A stretch of DNA of 32,000 bases from contig NZ_LN831024.1 in assembly GCF_001457615.1 (NCBI RefSeq), forward strand, positions 5,190,001 to 5,222,000, written 5' to 3'. This document shows, piece after piece, positions 18,177 to 26,897 of this stretch. The number at the start of each line of letters is the position of its first letter. Position 1 is the first letter of the stretch. The position numbers were made by a program, and so were the translations under genes. The notes under the pieces were generated by a model that saw nothing but the letters and a program-made list of their open reading frames with translations, was not told where the DNA came from and did no database searches. Origin of the DNA: Pseudomonas aeruginosa. GTDB lineage: Bacteria > Pseudomonadota > Gammaproteobacteria > Pseudomonadales > Pseudomonadaceae.

Positions 18177-19718
18177 TCAATCCTGGAGCTTCGCCGCCAG
18201 TTGCCGGACGCGCTGCAGATCGGCCCCGGCCACCTTGGCCAGGCCCGTGCCGTAGTCGCTGTCAGCCTTGTAGAAGTAGGAAAGCATGATGTACTTGCTC
18301 TCGTCGTCGGTGATCGCCAACGCCCCGCCGAGACTGGCGATCAGGTCGGCCTGGTCCTTCTTGCCGTAGGAGCGGAACAGCTCGCCGGTCTGCTTGAAGT
18401 TCTGCTCGCGCTGGATCTTCGCCTGCTGGGTGGTGCCGCTCAGCGGGGTCCGCACGTAGCGGGCGCTGGCCTGCTCCTCGCGCGGATCGAGCCGGCTCGG
18501 CTGGTAGTTCACCCCGCTGGTACTGTGTCCGGCGTTCAGCGCGCCGTCCTGGTTGACGGTATTGACCTCGCTGCGCGGGCGGTTGACCGGCAGGCCCAGG
18601 CCGTTGGCGCCGACCCGGTACATCTGGGTATCGGCGTAGGCGAACAGCCGTCCCTGGAGCAGGCGATCCTCGGAGGGCTCGATGCCCGGCACCAGGTTCG
18701 ACGGCGCCATGGCGACCTGTTCGGTTTCCTGGAAGAAGTTGTCGACGTTGCGGTTCAGCACCATCTGGCCGATCTTGCGCTCGGGAATGCCCGGCCAGAT
18801 CTTGGTCGCGTCCAGCGGGTCGAAGTCGAATTTCGCCAGGTCCTCGGGCTTGAGCACCTGGATGTACAGGTCCCATTTCGGGAAGTCGCCCTTCCGGATC
18901 GCGCTCACCAGGTCATTGGTCATGTGGCTGTAGTCGCGCCCCTGGACTTCCGCCACCTGTTTCGGATCGAGGTTCTTCTGGCCCTGCAGGCTCTTCCAGT
19001 GGAACTTCACGTAGTGCACTTCGCCCCTGGCGTTGACCAGCTTGTAGGCATGCACGCTGTTACCGTCCATTTCCCGGTAGCTGGCCGGGGTGCCCTCGTT
19101 GGAATACAGCAGGGTCAGGGTGCGGGTCGCCTCCGGCACGTGGGAGAAGAAATCGAAGCGTCGCGAGTCGTCGTCGAGGTTGCTGCGCGGGTCCGGCTTG
19201 AAGGCATGGACCATGTCCGGGAACTTGATCGCATCGCGGATGAAGAAGGTCGGGAAGTTGTTGCCCACCAGGTCCCAATTGCCGTCTGCGGTATAGAACT
19301 TGGTGGCGAAACCGCGCGGATCGCGCAGGGTTTCCGGGGAGTGGTGGCCGTGCACCACCGCGGAGAAGCGCACGAATACCGGGGTCTTCTCGCCCTTGCG
19401 GAAGACCTTGGCCATGCTCAGGTCGCTGATATCGGCACTGGCGACGAACTCGCCATGGGCGCCGGTGCCGCGGGCATGCACCACGCGTTCGGGAATACGC
19501 TCGCGGTCGAAACGTTGCAGCTTCTGCAGCAGTTGCACGTCCTGCAGCAGCACCGAACCGTTGGGCCCGGCGGTCTGCGAGTTCTGGTTGTCGCCCACTG
19601 GCGCACCGTTGTCACGGGTCAGGGTCGCGGCCTGCACGGACAGCGACAGGAGGCTGGCGGTCAGGCTTGCCGCCACCAGCAGGCGGCCGGGACGGAAGGC
19701 GTTCAGGGAAGGGTTCAT
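18177..19718 (-). CDS. katB: Catalase KatB (monofunctional haem catalase)
   Basis: 513 aa, with AGGAG upstream of ATG 19718. Catalase active-site region FDRERIPERVVHARGTGAHG and proximal haem-ligand region RLFAYADTQMYR. The N-terminal hydrophobic leader is LLVAASLTASLLSLSVQA. Confidence 0.95.
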   Translation of the reverse strand: MNPSLNAFRPGRLLVAASLTASLLSLSVQAATLTRDNGAPVGDNQNSQTAGPNGSVLLQDVQLLQKLQRFDRERIPERVVHARGTGAHGEFVASADISDLSMAKVFRKGEKTPVFVRFSAVVHGHHSPETLRDPRGFATKFYTADGNWDLVGNNFPTFFIRDAIKFPDMVHAFKPDPRSNLDDDSRRFDFFSHVPEATRTLTLLYSNEGTPASYREMDGNSVHAYKLVNARGEVHYVKFHWKSLQGQKNLDPKQVAEVQGRDYSHMTNDLVSAIRKGDFPKWDLYIQVLKPEDLAKFDFDPLDATKIWPGIPERKIGQMVLNRNVDNFFQETEQVAMAPSNLVPGIEPSEDRLLQGRLFAYADTQMYRVGANGLGLPVNRPRSEVNTVNQDGALNAGHSTSGVNYQPSRLDPREEQASARYVRTPLSGTTQQAKIQREQNFKQTGELFRSYGKKDQADLIASLGGALAITDDESKYIMLSYFYKADSDYGTGLAKVAGADLQRVRQLAAKLQD

Positions 19719-19870
19719 GGAAGAGCTCCTAATGGCTTGTCAGGCGTCTTGTTGCGCCCGACCAAGGTAAGGAGCGCCGCCGGCGACGCTAAATTGAAAA
19801 ACCTCACCGCGCCGATTAGGAATATCAATGCGCCCATGAATCGCAAAAAGAAATAAAAAAGACCGCCAGC
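19719..19870 (-). promoter_or_regulatory. katB promoter region (an OxyR-responsive promoter is expected here)
   Basis: AT-rich sequence directly upstream of katB, including GATTAGGAATATCAATGCGCCCATGAATCGC (19814-19844) and an A-run at 19845-19860. OxyR control of katB-ankB is established. I could not align a clean ATAG-N7-CTAT tetrad by eye, so the exact site is not assigned. Confidence 0.4.
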
Positions 19871-20245
19871 CGAAGAAAGCCCGCGCTGGTGCACCAGGCA
19901 CTCCCAGTTCGCTCGCCGGTAAACGAGTTCACCTTCGTTATTTGCCTGCGAAGTTAGGTCGGAGAACCTCGCCACTCCAACTTCAACTTCCGGCATCTGC
20001 ATGGCGCAGTTCCAAGTTGCCGAAGTTGCTTTGTCTTCTTTCTTGGCGAATTCCTGAAAATCGACATGAGTGTAATGTTTTTCCTCTAAACTTCGTTTCT
20101 CCCCACAAGACCCGACGCAAACGTATGCCTTGCGAATTTTCGCGTTGCCGGGGGGAACCAAAACACCAATCTTCCAGCCTGAGCAACTTGCCGAAGGCTG
20201 CATTAGACTGCCTTTACCTATTAGCGAAATACAGGGAGTGAACCC

Positions 20246-20659
20246 ATGGGTCTTCTGAGTGAATTCAAAGCCTTTGCCGTCAAGGGCAATGTCGTGGATA
20301 TGGCTGTCGGTATCATCATCGGCGCGGCCTTCGGCAAGATCGTCTCGTCCTTCGTGGGCGATGTGATCATGCCGCCGATCGGACTGCTGATCGGCGGAGT
20401 CGACTTCTCCGACCTGGCGATAACGTTGAAGGCCGCCGAAGGCGACGTGCCGGCGGTGGTGCTGGCCTATGGCAAGTTCATTCAGACCGTACTCGACTTC
20501 GTCATCGTGGCCTTCGCCATCTTCATGGGGGTCAAGGCGATCAACCGCCTCAAGCGCGAAGAAGCCGTCGCGCCGTCCGAACCGCCAGTGCCGAGTGCCG
20601 AGGAAACCCTGCTGACCGAGATCCGCGATCTGCTGAAAGCCCAGCAGAACAAGTCGTGA
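20246..20659 (+). CDS. mscL: Large-conductance mechanosensitive channel MscL
   Basis: 137 aa: [46 protein letters not shown]..., the canonical MscL N-terminus and TM1. GGGAG lies upstream of the ATG. Confidence 0.95.
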
Positions 20660-20678
20660 TCGCGTCGGCGGAACAATG

Positions 20679-20704
20679 AAAAAGGGCCCGAACGGGCCCT
20701 TTTT
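20679..20704. terminator. Bidirectional rho-independent terminator
   Basis: AAAAAGGGCCCG-aa-CGGGCCCTTTTT between convergent mscL (stop 20659) and fprB (stop 20764). It is part of a 37-nt perfect palindrome, CAATGAAAAAGGGCCCGAACGGGCCCTTTTTCATTG. Confidence 0.85.
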
Positions 20705-20763
20705 CATTGCCGGACAACACGCCGGGCGGCAGCGTTATCCGCCGCTACTGCGCGGGCACGCAC

Positions 20764-21540
20764 CTACCAGTAGTTCTCCACCGCCACCTGCCCCGGGCGC
20801 CGCGTCAGACTGAGGTTCATGCCGCGAGCCTTCAGCACGGCGCGGGTGTCCTCGATCATCTGCGGGTTGCCGCAGAGCATCACCCGCGAATGCTCCGGGG
20901 TCAGTTCCAGGTCGGCGGCACGCTCCAGATCGCCGTTCTCGATCAGCGTGGTGATACGTCCGTTCAGGCAACCGGGTACCTGCTCGCGGGTCACCACCGG
21001 AATGAACTGCAGCTTGTGGGCATGCTCGGCCAGGTATTCGCGCTCGGCGAGGCCGGCGATCAGCTCGCGGTAGGCCAGCTCCTTGCTCTCACGCACGCTG
21101 TAGACCAGCTTGATGCTTTCGAAGCGCTCCCAGACTTCGAAGTCCTGCAGGATCGAGACGAACGGCGCCACACCGGTACCGGTGGCCAGCAGCCAAAGGT
21201 CACGACCATCCACGAAGCGGTCGAGGGTGAGGAAGCCGAAGGCCTGGCGATCGACCAGCAACTGGTCGCCCTCGCGCAGGCGGCTGAGTTCGCTGGTGAA
21301 CTCGCCGTCCGGGACGACGATGGAAAAGAAGTCGAGGAATTCGTCATGAGGCGCCGAAACCATCGAGTAGGCGCGCCAGACGATACTGCCGCTGGGCTTG
21401 TACACGCCGAGCCGGGCGAATTGCCCGGCGCGGAACCGGAATCCCGCGTCGCGGCTGGTACGCAGGGTGAACAGGTTGGGAGTCAGAGGCTGCACGTCGA
21501 GCAGCGTCTGGCGGGTGAATTTCTCTTCGCTGGCGGTCAT
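20764..21540 (-). CDS. fprB: Ferredoxin-NADP+ reductase (bacterial FNR subclass)
   Basis: 258 aa from ATG 21540, with GGAG 6 nt upstream. FAD-binding RAYSMVS (RxYS), NADP-binding LLATGTGVAPFVS, and the C-terminal ...VAVENYW typical of Fpr-type reductases. The gene symbol is from memory. The track start at 21690 is an unsupported extension. Confidence 0.88.
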   Translation of the reverse strand: MTASEEKFTRQTLLDVQPLTPNLFTLRTSRDAGFRFRAGQFARLGVYKPSGSIVWRAYSMVSAPHDEFLDFFSIVVPDGEFTSELSRLREGDQLLVDRQAFGFLTLDRFVDGRDLWLLATGTGVAPFVSILQDFEVWERFESIKLVYSVRESKELAYRELIAGLAEREYLAEHAHKLQFIPVVTREQVPGCLNGRITTLIENGDLERAADLELTPEHSRVMLCGNPQMIEDTRAVLKARGMNLSLTRRPGQVAVENYW

Positions 21541-21646
21541 GGTCCGCTCCGGATACCGATACTCCCCTAGTGTCCCGCAAAGCACCCGGGAGAAACACCC
21601 GCAAGGCTTGTGGCTATCCCCGCTGACGGGAATAGCCAGCGGCCGA

Positions 21647-22645
21647 TCAGCGCTTGCGGTTGACCACCTGGGCCGCACGCAGCACGTCACTACCGATCTG
21701 CGCCTCGTAGTTCTTCCACAGCGGCTTCATGGCGTTGCGCCAGGCCTCGTGCTCTTCCGCGCTGAGGCTGACCAGGCGGCTCTTGCCGGCTGCCAGCAGG
21801 TGCTCGCGCTCCTTCTGGTTGAGCGCTTCGGCTTCCTTGTTCACCACCAGGGTGACCTCGTCGACGATGCTCTCCAGTTCGGTGCGGGTCTGGTAGGGAA
21901 TGCCGGTCCAGAACGCCGAACTGGTGATCAGCATGTAGCTGAGCGCGCCGTGATTGGTCTCGGTGATGTACGGCTGCACGCTGTCGATCTTCTGTCCGGC
22001 GAGGTTCGACCAGGTGTTCTCGGTGCCCTGCACGCTGCCGGCCTGCATGGCCTTGAAGGTCTCGGCGTAGGACAACTGCTTGGCGGTGGCGCCGAGCATG
22101 GCGAACTGCGCTTCCAGCACCGACGACGGCTGGATACGGAAGACCAGGCCCTTGGCATCGTCCGGCCGGTGCAGCTCGCGAGTGGCGGAAAGCTGCTTCA
22201 TGCCGTTGTTCCAGTAGGCCAGGCCATAGATACCGTGCTTGGCCATGGAGCGCAGCAGTTCGCGGCTCTTGTCGCGCTTCTGGAAACGCTTCAGGGCCTC
22301 CAGGTCATCGAACAGGAACGGCAGGTCGAACACCTGGAGTTGCTTGGTATAGGGCTCGAACTTGGACAGCGAGGTGGCCAGCATCTGCACCTTGTTGGCG
22401 CGCAGGGCCTCGATCTCGTCGGCGTCGCCGAACAGCGTCGAGTTGGGGTAGACCTCGACCTTGACCTTGCCCGGCAGACGCTCCTCGGCAAGCTTCTTGA
22501 ACAACAGCGCCCCCTTGCCCTTGGGCGTGTCGTCGGAGACCACATGGGAGAACTTGATCACGATCGGGCCGGCGTCCTCGGCATGGGCGACGGCGGAAAC
22601 GGCGAACAGTGCGGCGAGCGCCACACCGACAAACGGCTTGAACAT
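21647..22645 (-). CDS. TRAP-transporter DctP-family periplasmic solute-binding protein (orphan; no DctQ/DctM adjacent)
   Basis: 332 aa. Signal peptide MFKPFVGVALAALFAVSAVAHA/ED. DctP-like core: IVIKFSHVVSDDTPKGKGALLFKKLAEERLPGKVKVEVYPNSTLFGD...MLATSLSKF. Confidence 0.88.
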   Translation of the reverse strand: MFKPFVGVALAALFAVSAVAHAEDAGPIVIKFSHVVSDDTPKGKGALLFKKLAEERLPGKVKVEVYPNSTLFGDADEIEALRANKVQMLATSLSKFEPYTKQLQVFDLPFLFDDLEALKRFQKRDKSRELLRSMAKHGIYGLAYWNNGMKQLSATRELHRPDDAKGLVFRIQPSSVLEAQFAMLGATAKQLSYAETFKAMQAGSVQGTENTWSNLAGQKIDSVQPYITETNHGALSYMLITSSAFWTGIPYQTRTELESIVDEVTLVVNKEAEALNQKEREHLLAAGKSRLVSLSAEEHEAWRNAMKPLWKNYEAQIGSDVLRAAQVVNRKR

Positions 22646-22972
22646 CGATGTACCTGTGCGATGGCAACGACGAGCCCCGCGACGGCTCGCACGGGTCTCG
22701 TTCGGGAAACGGGTTGGGTGACGGTCACCGCTCGAAGTGGCGAAGGCGCCCGTCCAGGCGCTACCGGGTCATGACAGGCGCTATCGAAGCCCTAGCCCGG
22801 TTATTATTGGCGTGCCCGGCTGGATGACTCGTCGGTAAGGAAACGACTAACCAGAGCCGGGTAAAGAATTTTTCGGCATATCCGTGTGCCGCACAAGCTG
22901 GAGAACTCCAACCAGCTCTCAGTTTCGACAGATTGTTAATTGACGAGCGGGATTCGCCCCGCCGGGAACCCG

Positions 22973-24097
22973 ATGCCTCTATTCGCCACCCCCTTCGCCC
23001 AGCTCGACCTGGTCCGCCAGCCCGAGCAGGACGGCGAGCCCCTCCAGGCGTTCGATGCCGCCGACGAATACCTGCTCAACCAGTTGCACGAACGGGGCGT
23101 GACGGCGCAATGCCGGGTGCTGGTCCTCAACGACGCCTTCGGCGCCCTCGCCGCGAGCCTGGCGCCGCACGTCCAGGTCACCAGCAGCGGCGATTCGCAC
23201 CTGGGCTTCCTCGCCCTGCGCAAGAACCTCGCGCGCAACGGCCTCGACCTGGGTTCGGTGCGCTTCGTCCCGGCCAGCGAAACCGCCTTGGGGCCCTTCG
23301 ATCACGTGCTGGTCAAGGTGCCGAAGACCCTCGCGTTGCTGGAGGAGCAACTGATCCGCCTGCACGGCCAACTGGCACCGGGCGCGCAGGTCGTCGCCGC
23401 GGGGATGGTCAAGCACTTGCCGCGCGCCGCCGGCGACCTGCTGGAACGCTACATCGGCCCGATGCACGCTTCGCTGGCGGTGAAGAAGGCCCGCCTGCTG
23501 ATCGCCGAGGCAGCGGAGCGCCCGCAGCCGCGCTCGCCCTATCCGACCCGCTATCGCCTGGAGCAGCCCCCGCTGACGCTGCTCAACCACGCCAACGTAT
23601 TCTGCCGGGAGGGTCTCGACATCGGCACCCGCGCCTTCCTCCCGCACCTACCACGCAGCCTCGGCGCGCTACGCGCCGCCGACCTGGGCTGCGGCAACGG
23701 GGTGCTCGGCATCGCCTACGCGCTGCTCAACCCGCAGGCCGAGCTGACCCTGGTGGATGAGTCGTACATGGCCGTGCAGTCGGCGCGGGAAAACTGGCGA
23801 GCGGCGCTGGGCGAGCGGCCGGCGACGTTCCGCGCCGACGATGGCCTGGCCGGCCAGGCGGCGGGCTCGCTGGACCTGGTCCTGTGCAACCCGCCGTTCC
23901 ACCAGCAGCAGGTGGTCGGCGACTTCCTCGCCTGGCGCATGTTTCTCCAGGCTCGCGATGCCCTGGCGGCGGGCGGCGAACTGTGGATCGTCGGCAACCG
24001 CCACCTGGGCTACCACGCCAAGCTCAAGCGGCTGTTCCGCGGGGTCGAGCAGGTTGCGGCGAATCCGAAGTTCGTGATCCTGAAAGCGGGAAAATAG
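22973..24097 (+). CDS. rlmG: 23S rRNA (guanine-N2)-methyltransferase RlmG-like (two-domain SAM methyltransferase)
   Basis: 374 aa from ATG 22973: MPLFATPFAQLDLVRQPEQ... SAM motif I DLGCGNGVLG and catalytic motif IV NPPFH. The track start at 22940 is a TTG. The choice of start is not certain. Confidence 0.78.
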   Translation: MPLFATPFAQLDLVRQPEQDGEPLQAFDAADEYLLNQLHERGVTAQCRVLVLNDAFGALAASLAPHVQVTSSGDSHLGFLALRKNLARNGLDLGSVRFVPASETALGPFDHVLVKVPKTLALLEEQLIRLHGQLAPGAQVVAAGMVKHLPRAAGDLLERYIGPMHASLAVKKARLLIAEAAERPQPRSPYPTRYRLEQPPLTLLNHANVFCREGLDIGTRAFLPHLPRSLGALRAADLGCGNGVLGIAYALLNPQAELTLVDESYMAVQSARENWRAALGERPATFRADDGLAGQAAGSLDLVLCNPPFHQQQVVGDFLAWRMFLQARDALAAGGELWIVGNRHLGYHAKLKRLFRGVEQVAANPKFVILKAGK

Positions 24098-24673
24098 TCA
24101 GCCGAGCGCCGCCGGGGTGTCCACGTCGCGGAGTACGCCCGGATCGTCGCACGGCACCTCGCACCAGGCCGGACGATGGGCCTGCAGCACACGGCGCGCG
24201 CCCTGGTCGCCGTCCAGTTGCGCAAGCGCGTCCCAGAAAGCGCGGCCGAACAGCACCGGATGGCCGCGCTGACCGTCGTACAGGGGAAACACGATGGCTT
24301 CGGGAGTGGCCATCGCGGCCAGACGCTCGAGGGTATCGGCGGCGATCCAGGGCATGTCGCCGAGCAGGACGGCGATGGCCCGGGCCGTGCTGTTCCTCGC
24401 CGCCGCGACGCCGGCGGCCAGGCTGTGGCCCATGCCCAACGATGCATCGAGGCTGTGGACAAGCCGCTGCTGCGCCGGCAGGCCCAGGCTCGCCGGGGTG
24501 TCTCCGGCACGCACCACCACCCGCACCTCGGCGAACGCCTCGCGCGCCCGCGCCACGCTGGCCGCCAGCAGGGTCGTGCCATCAGCCAGGCGCGCCAGGC
24601 GCTTGTCGCTGCCGAAGCGGCGCCCCTGCCCGGCCGCCAGGACCAGGCACAGCACCTCGTCGGCGGCGACCAT
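24098..24673 (-). CDS. MobA/MocA-like molybdenum-cofactor nucleotidyltransferase
   Basis: 191 aa with N-terminal LVLAAGQGRRFG (NTP-transferase signature). The ATG overlaps the XdhC-like stop (TGATG at 24671-24675). It is the last gene of the Mo-enzyme operon. Confidence 0.8.
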   Translation of the reverse strand: MVAADEVLCLVLAAGQGRRFGSDKRLARLADGTTLLAASVARAREAFAEVRVVVRAGDTPASLGLPAQQRLVHSLDASLGMGHSLAAGVAAARNSTARAIAVLLGDMPWIAADTLERLAAMATPEAIVFPLYDGQRGHPVLFGRAFWDALAQLDGDQGARRVLQAHRPAWCEVPCDDPGVLRDVDTPAALG

Positions 24674-25644
24674 CAGAGCCGCTCGCGGGGAATGCCGTTG
24701 CGGATGCGGAGAATGTCCGCCAGCACCGCCAGGGCGATTTCCGCCGGCGTCTTGCTACCCAGGTTGAGGCCGATCGGCGCGTGGATCCGCGCCAGTTCGG
24801 CATCGCCCAGGCCGCCGATGCGCCGCAGGCGCTCGAAGCGTTTCTCCGAGGTCGCCCGCGATCCCATCACGCCGATATAGAAGGCTTCGGTACGCACCGC
24901 CTCGAGCATCGCCAGGTCGTCGATCTTCGGATCGTGGGTCAACGCCACCACCGCCGTATCGGCGTGGCAACCGCCGTCGGCGATGAACAGCGAGGGCAGC
25001 TCGCGACGGATCTCGATGCCCTCCAGCACCACGCCGCGCAAGGCTTCTTCGCGCGGGTCGCAGAGGATCACCTCGAAGCCCAGGCCCTTGCCGAACTCGG
25101 CGCAGGCATGGGCGACGCTGGAATAGCCGGCCAGCAGCAGGCGCTGGGCAGCGCCGACGCGCAAGCGCACGCACTCGCCGTCGCGTTCAGCCCGAGGGCC
25201 GTGGCTGGAATCGTCGCGCAGGCTGCGCGCGCCGCTGCCCAGCTCGACCTCGCGCAGCAGGCGGCGCTGACCAAGCAACGCCGACTCCAGCTCGCGCAGA
25301 TGGGCCTGGACATCGCAGTCCGGCGCCAGGTTTTCCACCAGTACGTCGAGGATGCCGCCGCAGGGCAGGCGGATGTTCGAGTTCGGGTCGTCGCCCTCGC
25401 CGTAGCGCACGATCACCGCGGGATCGGGGAAACCGCCGGCGGCGACCCGCTCGAGGAAATCATCCTCGACGCAGCCGCCGGACAGCGAGCCGATCCATTC
25501 ACCGCTGGCGTTCACCGCCAGCAGCGATCCCGGCGCGCGGGGCGCCGAGCCGTAGGTCGTGAGCACGGTACAGAACCACACCCGTTCGCCGCCCACGGAC
25601 CACTTCAGCGCCTTGCGGACCACCTGTAGATCGAGGTGTTGCAC
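24673..25644 (-). CDS. XdhC/CoxI-family molybdoenzyme maturation protein
   Basis: 323 aa with a GTG start at 25644, 3 nt after the cytochrome c stop. XdhC-like N-domain (...VWFCTVLTTYGSAPRAPGSLLAV...GSLSGGCVE) and a Rossmann-like C-domain (RLLLAGYSSVAHA...ALTHDPKIDD). Confidence 0.8.
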   Translation of the reverse strand: MQHLDLQVVRKALKWSVGGERVWFCTVLTTYGSAPRAPGSLLAVNASGEWIGSLSGGCVEDDFLERVAAGGFPDPAVIVRYGEGDDPNSNIRLPCGGILDVLVENLAPDCDVQAHLRELESALLGQRRLLREVELGSGARSLRDDSSHGPRAERDGECVRLRVGAAQRLLLAGYSSVAHACAEFGKGLGFEVILCDPREEALRGVVLEGIEIRRELPSLFIADGGCHADTAVVALTHDPKIDDLAMLEAVRTEAFYIGVMGSRATSEKRFERLRRIGGLGDAELARIHAPIGLNLGSKTPAEIALAVLADILRIRNGIPRERL

Positions 25645-25647
25645 GAT

Positions 25648-26895
25648 TCACTTCACCTTGACGGTATGCGCCGAAGCGCTCTCCATCTTCAATTGCGCGA
25701 CCTGTTGGGGACCGAGGTCACCGGGCAATCCGCCCCAGGTCTGACGCAGGTAGTTGAGCAGGTCCGTGAGTTGCTCGTCGTCGAGTTTCCCGGCGAAACC
25801 GGGCATCGGTTGCATGCGTTCGAAGCCGGTGAACTGCTGTTCGACGATGCCGTCTTCGATCACTCGCAACAGATTACGCGGGTCTTGCAGGCGCAGGGTA
25901 GTGTTGCCGTTCATCGCCACCGCGATATGCGGCTTGCCCTCGCCTTCGCCGCCGTGGCAGCCGGCGCAGACGTTGAGGTACTGCTGGCGACCGCGCTTGC
26001 CGCTGTCGTTCAGCTGCGCCTCGGGCAGCGCCTGGACCACCTTGGCCGGCGGCGGCTGGTCGCCGAGCAGGTAGGTGGCCATGGCTGCCAGGTCGCTGTC
26101 GTCGAGGTGCTGGGTGCTGTGGTGCACCACCGGGAACATCTCGTTGAACATGCTGCCCTGGGCGCTCATGCCGTGCTTGAGGAAGCTCGCCAGGTCCGGC
26201 TGGGTCCAACCGCGCGCGGCAAGGTCGCCGGGCAGCAGGCTGGGCGCCAGGTAGCCGTTGAGCAGGCCGCCGCTCAGGCGCTTGTCCTGCTCCAGGGCGC
26301 CGGCCAGGTTGCGCGGGGTATGGCACTCGCCGCAGTGGCCGAGCACCTCGACCATGTACTGCCCGCGCTTCCAGGCCTCGCTGCGCCCTTCCTCCGGCTG
26401 CAAGCGCACGCTCTTGCCGTAGAGCAGGCTCCAGCCGGCCAGGCCCATGCGCACGTTGAACGGGAAGCTCAGGCTGGTCTGCGGCGCCGGCCGGGCGATC
26501 GGCTCCTGGGCCATCAGGTAGGCGTAGATGGCGTCGGCATCCTCGCGCTCGATCAGGTGATAGGAGGTGTAGGGCATCGCCGGATAGAGGTAGGCGCCGT
26601 CCTTGCGCTTGCCCTCGGTAAGAGCGGCGAAGAACTCGTCGGCGCTGTAGGCGCCGATGCCGTGTTCCTTGTCCGGGGTGATGTTGGTGCCGTAGATGGT
26701 GCCGAACGGCGACTGGATCGGCAGCCCGCCGGCGAACGGCGCGCCGCCCTCGGCGGTATGGCAGGCCATGCAGTCGGCGGCGCGGGCGAGGTATTCGCCG
26801 CGCTTGACCAGCGCCGCGTCGGCGCCGGCGGCGGAGGCCAGGAACGGCGACAGCGCGGCCAGCGCCAGGGCGAGGCCGGAAAGGGTCCGCTTCAT
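25648..26895 (-). CDS. Tri-haem cytochrome c subunit of a membrane-associated dehydrogenase
   Basis: 415 aa from ATG 26895, with AAGGAGG upstream. Sec signal MKRTLSGLALALAALSPFLASAAGA. Three CxxCH motifs (CMACH, CGECH, CAGCH). The 484-aa track ORF is an upstream extension that overlaps the previous gene. Confidence 0.88.
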   Translation of the reverse strand: MKRTLSGLALALAALSPFLASAAGADAALVKRGEYLARAADCMACHTAEGGAPFAGGLPIQSPFGTIYGTNITPDKEHGIGAYSADEFFAALTEGKRKDGAYLYPAMPYTSYHLIEREDADAIYAYLMAQEPIARPAPQTSLSFPFNVRMGLAGWSLLYGKSVRLQPEEGRSEAWKRGQYMVEVLGHCGECHTPRNLAGALEQDKRLSGGLLNGYLAPSLLPGDLAARGWTQPDLASFLKHGMSAQGSMFNEMFPVVHHSTQHLDDSDLAAMATYLLGDQPPPAKVVQALPEAQLNDSGKRGRQQYLNVCAGCHGGEGEGKPHIAVAMNGNTTLRLQDPRNLLRVIEDGIVEQQFTGFERMQPMPGFAGKLDDEQLTDLLNYLRQTWGGLPGDLGPQQVAQLKMESASAHTVKVK

Positions 26896-26897
26896 CC

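Noticed and set aside
19814-19844. Attempt to assign an exact OxyR tetrad (ATAG-N7-CTAT-N7-ATAG-N7-CTAT) upstream of katB
   Set aside because: I could not phase four acceptable tetranucleotides at 11-bp intervals by eye on either strand. Only a general promoter-region call is made.
19715-20707. 330-aa minus-strand ORF spanning the katB-mscL spacer and running antisense through mscL
   Set aside because: It starts antisense to mscL and crosses a bidirectional terminator. It has about 50 percent GC3 in the spacer part, unlike real genes here. The region is kept only as an unexplained AT-rich spacer in the findings.
22875-22891. Sigma54-like motif on the minus strand (CGGCAC-acgga-TATGCC) upstream of the DctP-like gene
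   Set aside because: It has the same off-by-one GG/GC spacing and a poor -12 element (TATGC rather than TTGC). No DctD-type activator or UAS is evident.
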